From the NCBI GenBank assembly GCA_001782805.1, contig MFPT01000008.1:13162-77161 (forward strand): 64,000 nucleotides of DNA, given 5' to 3'. Positions 1 through 7,109 of this stretch are shown here, in pieces. The notes below the pieces were generated by a model that was not told the origin of the DNA, searched no databases, and was given only the letters and a program-made list of their open reading frames with translations. The DNA comes from Candidatus Magasanikbacteria bacterium RIFCSPHIGHO2_01_FULL_41_23 (GTDB lineage: Bacteria; Patescibacteriota; Patescibacteriia; Magasanikbacterales; UBA922). A program made the translations under genes and the position numbers. Position 1 is the first letter of the stretch. Each line of letters begins with the position of its first letter.

Positions 1-2096
1 CTGCTGAAGTTCGTGACGTGGTTCACCGCGCGCGTAAATTATATTTACTGGCCGGTTTGGAATTGGAACAAGTTGATATCAAAAAAACAGCCGAAAGTCA
101 GATTGAAAAATTAACGGGTAAAAAAATCGGTTGGCGCAAATTTGTCTATGGAGCCGGTGGGGCAATTGGCGGTTTGCTTCTTGGTAAAGGAATTGAAGCG
201 TATAGAAATCTGATGGGTTTTGGGCAACCAACCGAGAGCTTTAAAACTACAGAGGATAATACTGCTGTGGCTAACCATGAAGCCGTCGCGCCAACAGTTG
301 TTGTGGCACCAGCTTTAGAAGCGCTTGAACCAGCATCACCAGAAGTTCCAGTTGAATCTGGTCCGGCACCAATCCAAAATATTTTTTCTGAAGCACTTAC
401 CGCTGGCAAAGGACATACCAGCACATTGGCTATGCTTGATGATGCCCGAGGAATGGAAACTCAGGGATTATCTGATGATTTGTCTGCAAAATGGGAAGCT
501 CTAACAAAATCTCCCGGCAAATTCCACACTTGGGAAATGCAACAGCTCAAAGATTTGGGCTATGTGTACAAAGATGGCCAATGGGGACATCCATTTACTG
601 TTCTTACTGGCGCCAAGCTAAATATATCTTGGGATGAAGCGGCCAATAATGGCCAAGGTGGTTTTAAAGCCGAATACGAAAAACATGATTTGGGTTTTAG
701 CGAGGCGCAAAAACGTGGGGGAGTACATTTCCGTGATTCTGGTGCTGGCAAAAATACTGCGTCACCCAATGTAGAAGCAAGTGCAAAAGCCGAACGAGTT
801 TTGCCAACAGGAACCAAAGAAATGTCTCCCGCAGATAAGTCAGCGTTCTTGACACAGTATAAATCTCAATTTCAAGGATTATCTACCACCGAACAGACTT
901 CAGGCAACACTTCACCAGACACTCAAAAAATCCAAATTGATCCTACAAAAAATCATTTTGAATTGTATCCAAATGATGTCGTGGGAGAACAAACGCCAAT
1001 AGTTCCCCGAGGAGTTCCCATTACCGGAGTGGAATTTTTTAATAACGGAACTTTGGCCATGAGTTTTGACGGATCAAATAAGTCTGTGCTTCTTGAACCA
1101 GTTTTGTCCGGATCAAACGAAGTTATTAAATTTATGCCTGTTAGTGCGGCTCGTGAGGCATTACCTTCTGTTACTAACACGGCTCCAAATAGTTCGGTAA
1201 ATCTTGGATATAGTGGAAGAGTGGCTAGTGCCGGAGGCGGTGGAGTTGCGCGCATGGCATTTTATGAATCCTACAAAAATTCCGCCAATGCTCCTGCGAC
1301 AAATGCGACAAGAGTCGAGTCAGGAGGAGGGAAAGCGGATACTGTTGAAGCGCCGAAAGCTGTTGAAAACAAGCCAGAAGTGCCTAAAGCTGGTGAAGTT
1401 AAATCAGGTGCAAGTGGTGCGGATAAAGCTGTTAAACCAGAAGTTGTTAGTGACAAAAAAATAGTTGGAGGGGCAAGCGCGGAAACAGAACCTGTTGATG
1501 ACCGATCTCGGGCTGAGGCATCATCAAAAACCGACAAAATTTTAACAAATGAACAAATTGGCAAAGCAATTGCAGGTTTTGAAAGGCAAATTAGGGTAAA
1601 TTTTATTGACGATATACAAGGATCAGGCACGAATATTCAGAGATTATGGAAAGACGTTCAAGATGGTTTAGTAACTTTGGCAGCAACCGACAACAATTTA
1701 AAAACTATTCTTTCTATCCCAGATGAAATTGATCGTGCTGCAGCAATCATGGGTTATATTGAGAATAGCCCCCGATTCACACCTGATCAAAAATTACTAC
1801 TGACACCGTTTGAGGGTAATGAAGAAACTACAAGAGAAATTCTCGTTGAAGCTAAAGGTAATACAGGATTGGAAAGAACATCTGCTTTAGTGGCACCAGA
1901 TGACACTGGTCGTGGAGTCAAGGTTTTTTATAAGGGGAACGAATATTTTTTTACCGTAGATACTGGAACTATAGGGTATAATAGACAAGGCTTGGTGGTT
2001 GTACATCAACCTGGTGCTGAGGATCTATTGTTGGGTTTACATATTGAGGAGAATACCAAGCCAACTTTAAAATTTTTACAAATCAAGAATACCTAA
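1..2096 (+). CDS. hypothetical protein, 5'-truncated at window edge; one predicted TM segment followed by an A/P/E/K-rich low-complexity region
   Basis: 692-codon ORF (track 18..2096, GTG at 18) whose frame stays open upstream to nt 1. Hydrophobic stretch FVYGAGGAIGGLLLG. No motif I recognise. Confidence 0.5.
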   Translation, partial: AEVRDVVHRARKLYLLAGLELEQVDIKKTAESQIEKLTGKKIGWRKFVYGAGGAIGGLLLGKGIEAYRNLMGFGQPTESFKTTEDNTAVANHEAVAPTVVVAPALEALEPASPEVPVESGPAPIQNIFSEALTAGKGHTSTLAMLDDARGMETQGLSDDLSAKWEALTKSPGKFHTWEMQQLKDLGYVYKDGQWGHPFTVLTGAKLNISWDEAANNGQGGFKAEYEKHDLGFSEAQKRGGVHFRDSGAGKNTASPNVEASAKAERVLPTGTKEMSPADKSAFLTQYKSQFQGLSTTEQTSGNTSPDTQKIQIDPTKNHFELYPNDVVGEQTPIVPRGVPITGVEFFNNGTLAMSFDGSNKSVLLEPVLSGSNEVIKFMPVSAAREALPSVTNTAPNSSVNLGYSGRVASAGGGGVARMAFYESYKNSANAPATNATRVESGGGKADTVEAPKAVENKPEVPKAGEVKSGASGADKAVKPEVVSDKKIVGGASAETEPVDDRSRAEASSKTDKILTNEQIGKAIAGFERQIRVNFIDDIQGSGTNIQRLWKDVQDGLVTLAATDNNLKTILSIPDEIDRAAAIMGYIENSPRFTPDQKLLLTPFEGNEETTREILVEAKGNTGLERTSALVAPDDTGRGVKVFYKGNEYFFTVDTGTIGYNRQGLVVVHQPGAEDLLLGLHIEENTKPTLKFLQIKNT

Positions 2097-2154
2097 TGTT
2101 TTTGCCTCATTTTAACTAAGATATAGTATACACAACTTATCCTCATTATAGGCC

Positions 2155-2190
2155 TTGACAAAAGTTCTATTTTTTGGTATTCTCACCAGT
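2155..2190 (+). promoter_or_regulatory. sigma70-like promoter: TTGACA, 17-nt spacer, TATTCT
   Basis: Read directly: ttgacaaaagttctattttttggtattct. It is followed by ~500 nt with no convincing ORF. Confidence 0.3.
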
Positions 2191-2321
2191 CAATTTAAAT
2201 GGTAAGTTGTGGGAAGAATCCTACCTTACCTATTGACGCCGCTCATTACAAATAATTTATCTGGAAAACAATCAGCAGAGCTTTCCTGGTGGCTAACAAG
2301 CAAAGAATTTTTTCTTTCTTT

Positions 2322-2415
2322 ATTACCCACCAGGAAAACCACCCCATCAGGGGGCTTTGCCTCGACTTGGTCGGGACGAAGTTTACTTCATCCCGAAGGT
2401 CGGGGTGAGCTTCCT
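2322..2415 (+). ncRNA. conserved ~95-nt structured element, copy A (second copy at 4990..5082); putative cis-regulatory leader or small RNA
   Basis: Shares an exact 14-mer ggggtgagcttcct with 4990..5082. The flanks are collinear at ~65-70% identity (cccaccaggaaaaccacccc / cctcacaggaatagcacccc; gaagtt...ggggtgagcttcct in both). Three hairpins are kept in both copies with different sequence: CCCC-ATCA-GGGG vs CCCC-GCTT-GGGG; CTCGAC-TTG-GTCGGG vs CCCCG-ACT-CGGGG; GAAG..CTTC in both. Confidence 0.4.
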
Positions 2416-2671
2416 ATGTGGATACGAGGGTTACCTAAACATACGATTCGTCGTACTGGGTTTTCCCCTCGGCTTGGACTAGATCTGAACTTTTCTCACG
2501 CCAATACTTGTGGAGTGACCGGCATCCAGACATGAAGTTTGGATTCGCTACCGCGATTAACTCCCCGTTCCCACCGTGGAACAAGGGAATCGTGCAAGCG
2601 TTAAAGCTGTGAACAACAACAAGGAGTGATGAGAGCTCATAGAAGGTTTGAGTGGTGTTTCATTCAACGAC

Positions 2672-2690
2672 GGGGCTTTCGAAAAGCCCC
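2672..2690 (+). promoter_or_regulatory. strong GC hairpin GGGGCTTT-CGA-AAAGCCCC immediately 5' of the RBS of the 2702 gene; no U-tract (attenuator or processing hairpin?)
   Basis: Perfect 8-bp stem with a 3-nt loop, seen in sequence. AGGAG at 2691-2695 and ATG at 2702 follow directly. Confidence 0.3.
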
Positions 2691-2701
2691 AGGAGTCACT
2701 C

Positions 2702-3442
2702 ATGAACTGCACCGCTGGACATCTCCTCCCGACCCCGACTCCCGCCTTCTGCCCGACCTGCGGGGTGGCCGTCGTCGCCCCCCCCCCGACCACCTTGACG
2801 GTGACCATCCCGGTCACTGTTCCCCCTGCCAACCTCACGTTCGGGGGGTTGACCCCCCCCCCGACCACCGGGACGACGGCGACCGCGGCGACCACGACCC
2901 CGACGGGCTTCTGCCCCGACTGGATCGTCCGCGGTCTGATCCTCCTGCTCCTTCTGGCCGTCGCCTATGGTCTGATCAAGACCGAGAACCACGCGACGAA
3001 GCAGGACGTGGCCGAGGTCGGGCTGACCACCAACGCCATCCTCGCGATCAGCGTGGAGGCGAGTGGAGCCAGCGTCGACGAGAACGGGACCTACATCGTC
3101 CCGCGTCTCGCGGGGAAGGCCGACCTCGCTGGTCTGGCGAAGAAGTCGGATCTCTCCGGTCTCGCGACCAGTTCGGCTCTGACGGCGCTCGGCAACGAGG
3201 TCGACGGCAACGAGGCGGCGCGAAAGGCCGACGCGAAGGCCTTCCGATCGGCGGTCTACCGCGCCTCGAAGCGGCACGCGACGGCTCTCGCCGCGCTTCC
3301 GCCGCCTGCCACGACCGACCTTTCCGGCCTCGCGACGAAGCAGGACGTGGCCGAGATTCGCGCGGCGATCGACGACGCCCGCGCCCAGGTCGTCGTGACG
3401 CCCGCCGCCCTCCCCCTGCCCGCCCTGCCCGAGGCGCCCTAA
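2702..3442 (+). CDS. hypothetical membrane protein (high-GC cassette): P/T-rich N-terminus, one TM helix, Ala-rich C-terminal region with repeated ATKQDVAE motif
   Basis: The frame of track ORF 2648..3442 gives a coherent protein (TM LILLLLLAVAYGLI; repeats LATKQDVAEV / LATKQDVAEI). The overlapping frames give Arg/Gly-rich nonsense. AGGAG lies 6 nt upstream of ATG 2702 (track start 2648 is TTG). Codon third positions are almost all G/C. Confidence 0.5.
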   Translation: MNCTAGHLLPTPTPAFCPTCGVAVVAPPPTTLTVTIPVTVPPANLTFGGLTPPPTTGTTATAATTTPTGFCPDWIVRGLILLLLLAVAYGLIKTENHATKQDVAEVGLTTNAILAISVEASGASVDENGTYIVPRLAGKADLAGLAKKSDLSGLATSSALTALGNEVDGNEAARKADAKAFRSAVYRASKRHATALAALPPPATTDLSGLATKQDVAEIRAAIDDARAQVVVTPAALPLPALPEAP

Positions 3443-3481
3443 AGCGCAGGGCAACAAACCCCTCCAGATAAACGCCCACCC

Positions 3482-3517
3482 GACGGTCGTGCAGCGCAAT
3501 AGCGTAGCACGACCGTC
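3482..3517 (+). terminator. putative intrinsic terminator: 11-bp perfect stem GACGGTCGTGC / GCACGACCGTC with a 14-nt loop, then a weak T-rich tract
   Basis: Begins 40 nt after the TAA at 3440-3442. Followed by cctcaacctttcttc. Confidence 0.4.
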
Positions 3518-3586
3518 CCTCAACCTTTCTTCATCAACCTAATTGGTGGAGAGCTATATGAGGCTACCAGTTCTTTAAAAAATTTT

Positions 3587-3653
3587 GCACACAGAAGAGT
3601 GATATTGACAGAACGCCATTTGGCGCAAGTTTAAATAGTAGTCTTCTGTGTGC
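3587..3653. repeat. 12-bp perfect inverted repeat GCACACAGAAGA ... TCTTCTGTGTGC enclosing a promoter-like TTGACA (3605-3610) and TTTAAAT
   Basis: Seen in sequence, ~65 nt upstream of the 3718 gene start. Could be an operator framing the promoter or an RNA hairpin. Confidence 0.4.
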
Positions 3654-3717
3654 GAATCAATCTACATTAACCGTAACCGCAACCGCCCCGTGGTCGGGGC
3701 AAGACTGGAGTTGAAGC

Positions 3718-4362
3718 GTGAAGGCGACTTTTTTTTCTTTGCTTTTTTTTCTTTTCCTCAACAACACCCTCAACCCCCGGCTCGCCGCCGGCCAGACGCC
3801 TCCGACCACGACCGTCAGCTGTCTCGGCTGCACGGTGCGGGTGCATCTGCCCCCTCCCGTCGCCCCCCTCCCGTCGCCGTTGCCTCGTGTCCACCTGTCG
3901 GTCGGCGCCAGTGGGGTTTACCTCACGGGCACCACGCTCGGGCAGTACGGATCCGGTTCCGGCGAAGCGAACGTTGAGTTCGTGTTCCCCCTCGGACGAG
4001 TGCGTTGGTTCGAGATTATCGGGCAAGCCTCGTTCGGCGGTGCCTCCGGTGTTCTCTCGGGCTCGGGATCGGTCGGTCTCGGATTCGTCCTCAACGGCGA
4101 CTCGGACATCCGACCGCTCGGCAGCACCCGCCTCTCGACCCTCTTCACCACCCGCGGCCGCGGAACCGGAGACTCCCAGGACTTGCTCACCCTCGGTGGC
4201 AAGCTCCAAATCAACGTCTCGCTCGGTACTACGGCAGGTGTCCAGTGGAATTACTTCCTCGCCTGCGAGGCAGGTAGTTCCATCTATAAGGACGCTGACG
4301 GTCGATCTCACAACGACGGCTGGTACGTCGCTCCCTCCACTGGCCTCCTCCTCCGCCTCTAG
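3718..4362 (+). CDS. secreted beta-rich protein, outer-membrane-beta-barrel-like (high-GC cassette)
   Basis: GTG start with GGAG 8 nt upstream. N-terminal signal-like MKATFFSLLFFLFLNNTLNPRLAAGQ. Gly/Ser/Thr-rich alternating pattern; C-terminus ...GWYVAPSTGLLLRL. A porin-like character is odd for a presumed monoderm CPR organism. Confidence 0.5.
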   Translation: MKATFFSLLFFLFLNNTLNPRLAAGQTPPTTTVSCLGCTVRVHLPPPVAPLPSPLPRVHLSVGASGVYLTGTTLGQYGSGSGEANVEFVFPLGRVRWFEIIGQASFGGASGVLSGSGSVGLGFVLNGDSDIRPLGSTRLSTLFTTRGRGTGDSQDLLTLGGKLQINVSLGTTAGVQWNYFLACEAGSSIYKDADGRSHNDGWYVAPSTGLLLRL

Positions 4363-4579
4363 CGCCCCCCCTACACCCCACCTTGTGCCCCCCCGCACCG
4401 TAAGAGATGGCATCGCAAGACGTCATCAATTCGGTCATCGGCACCCCCGCGCGTCGCAAGACCTCGGGATCCCTCTGGGTTAATGAGTTTGACTCGTTAA
4501 TCAAGAAGGATAATGTTCATTAAAACAAAATAAAAAAACAACCTTGTTATTTTCAAAGTTGTTTGATTTATTTATGTAG

Positions 4580-4652
4580 TGGACCGGACGGGAGTTGAAC
4601 CCGCGCCACTCCGTGTCAAGAGGAGCATGCTGACCGTTAACACTACCGACCC
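4580..4652 (-). tRNA. tRNA-like gene, 73 nt, atypical anticodon arm (isotype undetermined; possibly a degenerate tRNA or attachment-site remnant)
   Basis: Minus-strand sequence: GGGTCGG TA GTGT TAACGGTCA GCAT G CTCCT CTTGACA CGGAG TGGC GCGGG TTCAACT CCCGT CCGGTCC A. The acceptor stem has 7 bp (2 G-U pairs), the D stem 4 bp, the T stem 5 bp, and the T-loop is TTCAACT. The anticodon stem is only 4 bp plus a U-C mismatch with loop CUUGACA (anticodon UGA, C at position 37), or 5 bp with a 9-nt loop. There is no encoded CCA. It lies between the two high-GC islands. Confidence 0.5.
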
Positions 4653-4989
4653 ATAATCCACTACACAAATGAGATTATACTACAAAACTCTTCCGGATGG
4701 AAGAGTCGTAGTGACACGGAGTATGAACCGGCATTTGCCAGCTTGTCCTCTATGTAAGTTAGAATAACACGAGGGGAATTGATTGTCAAAATTGTCAATG
4801 TGTATAACTGTCGCCCGCGCTTTGTTTCTAACATTTAGAACCAGAGCACGCGTGATAACGCGATCGACTTGCTTTAAACTTGTTTATTCTGAGCATATCG
4901 AAGAGTCGAAGAGATCTTTACAACATAAGCAAATATTTTAATTAATACAATTCCTGTGAAGCAAAATGCTGACTACAATAGTCATCAGC

Positions 4990-5082
4990 TTGCCTCACAG
5001 GAATAGCACCCCGCTTGGGGAGCGAACCCCGACTCGGGGGTGAAGTTCTGCTTTACTCCGGCTAGTCTGGGGTGAGCTTCCT
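4990..5082 (+). ncRNA. conserved ~95-nt structured element, copy B, immediately 5' of the Cys-rich lipoprotein gene
   Basis: See copy A. Here the shared 3' block ggggtgagcttcct is followed by a GGAAG hairpin, then GGAGG (5114-5118) and ATG 5126. Confidence 0.4.
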
Positions 5083-5125
5083 GGCGGAAGGTATGTTCTG
5101 TTCTGTTTTTTTTCGGAGGTGTCTT

Positions 5126-6817
5126 ATGGCGAAGTTCGCCATCAACATCGTCGGCCTCTTGGCCGTTGCCCTCGTGGGGTGTATGCCTCACGTGGATTCC
5201 AACAACCCCAATCCCTCCTCGGTGGTGGTCAACACCGGGGACAACATCAGTCTGACCGTCGACCACGATGGCGACGGCTGGACCGACTTCAAGGACAAAG
5301 TGGAGGCCTGTCTGGCCACCACCTCGTCCAAGAAGGAGTACGACATGTGTCTCGACCAGTTCGAGGTCGCCCTCATGACGGGGGCGCTCAAGACCGGTGA
5401 CTGCGACGACGACAACGCGCTCGTTAAGCCGGGAGCGATCGAGGTGTGCGACGGCAAGGACAACAACTGTGTTGGCGGCGTAGACGAGGGATGCACGGAC
5501 GCATCCTGCGCCGACACCAACGCGTGTACCGACGACGACTTCGTCGTGGGCAAGGGGTGTGAAAACACCACCAAGTCCTGCGACGACGGCAACGTCTGCA
5601 CGACGGATTCGTGCAACCCCGCGACCGGCTGCACGACGACGCCGAACACGGTCATCTGCAACGACGGCGACGCGTGTACGGACGACAACGTCTGCTTTCA
5701 AGGCGCCTGCATCAGCGGCGCCGAGAAGGACTGCGACGACGGTAACGTCTGTACGACCGACGCGTGCAACCCCGCGACCGGCTGCACGACGACGCCGAAC
5801 ACGGCCACCTGCAACGACGGGAACGTCTGCACGACCGGCGACGTCTGCAAAGACAGCGCCTGTACGACAGGGCTGGTCGTCACGATCTGTGACGACAAGA
5901 ACCCGTGTACCACGGACTCGTGTGACCCGAAGATGGGTTGCAAAAACGTGGACACCGTCGACGGCTCGTGTTGCTTCGGCAACACAGGCAAGTACGGCGA
6001 TGCGTTCTGTGTCCCGTCCGAGCCGAAGCCTCCCTCCTCCCTCCCTCTTCCAACCGGTTACAAGTGGGGGTGCATGGGCGGCGCCACCGTGTCCTCTCCT
6101 GGCCACTGTACGAGTTGCAAGGAGGCGGACGACGACGGTGTCTGCGCGATCGGGGAGCTCTGCTCGAACGATCTCGACGACGACGGCGACGGACTCGTTG
6201 ATTGCGAGGACAGCGAGTGCGCGGCCAACACGGCGTGCAACCCGGTCTGTGCGACTAACGCCGACTGCGACGACGCCGATCCGACCACGGTTGACACCTG
6301 CACCCTCACCGGGTGCTGGCACGTCAAGCCGGTTCCTCCCGCCTGCACTCCGGCCTGCGCTGGCAAGACTTGCGGCGACGACGGCTGTGGCGGATTCTGC
6401 GGTGCATGTATCGGCGGGCAAATCTGCCAGCTCGGTGCGTGCGTCGCTCCACCCTCCACGTCTGAGTGCGTGGTCGACAACGACTGCGCGCCCGGCGGCC
6501 AGTACGCCAAGTGCTGGCAGGGGAAGTGTGTCCAGGTCTTGCCGGGTTCCTGCGGACCTTTCTCTATCTCGGTGATCGCACCGAGTGCAAAGAAAGTGGA
6601 TCTGGAATGGTACAAGCAGAGTGGTCCAGCCTCCACGACGGAGTCGGTGAGCACGGGTACCTTCAACAGCCACACCGGCGAGTGCTCGGTCGTGGCCTGG
6701 GGGTTCGTCGCCCCCAACGGGTGCACGTGCGAGTCCCTCTACGGGACGTCGCCCTGCGGTCAGCAACCTGCCTCTCCTGGGGTCTACGGATGCTGGCATA
6801 ACAAGCCGGCTCAGTAG
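5126..6817 (+). CDS. cysteine-rich tandem-repeat lipoprotein (high-GC cassette 1): lipobox signal, ~10 repeats of C-x-D-G-N-x-C-T-x-D-x-C-x4-G-C (~25-aa period), a DDDGDG acidic motif, CGDDGCGGFCGAC, C-terminal domain
   Basis: Signal MAKFAINIVGLLAVALVGC (lipobox LVGC). Repeats such as CDDGNVCTTDSCNPATGCTTTPNT are visible. GC3-rich codons (acg, gcg, gtg, ggc). I take the ATG at 5126 with GGAGG upstream rather than the track start 5072. The 636-aa antisense ORF is considered an artefact. Confidence 0.75.
   Translation: MAKFAINIVGLLAVALVGCMPHVDSNNPNPSSVVVNTGDNISLTVDHDGDGWTDFKDKVEACLATTSSKKEYDMCLDQFEVALMTGALKTGDCDDDNALVKPGAIEVCDGKDNNCVGGVDEGCTDASCADTNACTDDDFVVGKGCENTTKSCDDGNVCTTDSCNPATGCTTTPNTVICNDGDACTDDNVCFQGACISGAEKDCDDGNVCTTDACNPATGCTTTPNTATCNDGNVCTTGDVCKDSACTTGLVVTICDDKNPCTTDSCDPKMGCKNVDTVDGSCCFGNTGKYGDAFCVPSEPKPPSSLPLPTGYKWGCMGGATVSSPGHCTSCKEADDDGVCAIGELCSNDLDDDGDGLVDCEDSECAANTACNPVCATNADCDDADPTTVDTCTLTGCWHVKPVPPACTPACAGKTCGDDGCGGFCGACIGGQICQLGACVAPPSTSECVVDNDCAPGGQYAKCWQGKCVQVLPGSCGPFSISVIAPSAKKVDLEWYKQSGPASTTESVSTGTFNSHTGECSVVAWGFVAPNGCTCESLYGTSPCGQQPASPGVYGCWHNKPAQ
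5612..5651 (+). repeat. 40-nt exact intragenic direct repeat, copy 1 (tgcaaccccgcgaccggctgcacgacgacgccgaacacgg)
   Basis: Identical string at 5765..5804; one Cys-repeat unit duplicated at the DNA level. Confidence 0.6.
5765..5804 (+). repeat. 40-nt exact intragenic direct repeat, copy 2
   Basis: Identical to 5612..5651. Confidence 0.6.
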
Positions 6818-7109
6818 GTTCCCTCCCACCTCACGATCTCGTACGCAAGTACTTGAGATCACCACGCCACCTGTCGTGAAGAAAACAACAGGCAATCCAC
6901 ATTTTTTATTTTTCTATTAAGGAAAGTAGAAAGTGCAGATTCAAATAATCCTCTTTACAATTTAGGTTTTAACTAGGCCAGTGATTATAACAGTAATAAT
7001 TTAGTGTTTTAATCGCTGGCTTAGTTTTGTTTTACCGCATGAGGGATTTCGTAGCTGGCATTCCTTACACCAAAATGCGGTTCAACTGCAAACGAGCAAG
7101 GAGCTCCAA

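Noticed and set aside
2209-2535. 108-aa ORF in the ORF-free region after the 2155 promoter
   Set aside because: No RBS. The translation (…SWWLTSKEFFLSLLPTRKTTPSGGFASTWSGRS…) has no protein-like features. The region instead shows conserved RNA-like hairpins, so it is treated as non-coding.
2190-2690. Possibility that this is RNase P RNA or tmRNA
   Set aside because: I searched by eye for the universal RNase P P4/J15-16 motifs (GGAAAGUCCGG, AGGGUGAAA, ACAGAANCCGGCUUA) and for a tmRNA T-arm (GGUUCGANUCC) or tag-ORF ending in AA-stop. None is present.
2626-3523. ORFs 2626..3471 (+), 2696..3523 (-), 3048..3479 (-), all Arg/Gly/Pro-rich
   Set aside because: They overlap the one frame (2702..3442) that yields a protein with a TM helix and sensible repeats. 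Arg-rich translations are the hallmark of off-frame reading of GC-rich sequence. Although AAGGAG lies 7 nt before the ATG at 2629, the product is implausible.
3667-4483. ORFs 3667..4413 (-), 3887..4483 (+), 3918..4214 (-), 4005..4277 (+)
   Set aside because: They overlap the OMP-like gene 3718..4362, which has a signal peptide and beta-strand-like periodicity. The alternates are low-complexity.
4985-6895. 636-aa ORF on the minus strand, the longest in the high-GC region
   Set aside because: It is exactly antisense to the coherent Cys-rich lipoprotein gene (5126..6817). Its translation is Arg/Gly/Val-rich low-complexity typical of the wrong frame in GC-rich DNA, with no start context. High GC suppresses stop codons in all frames.
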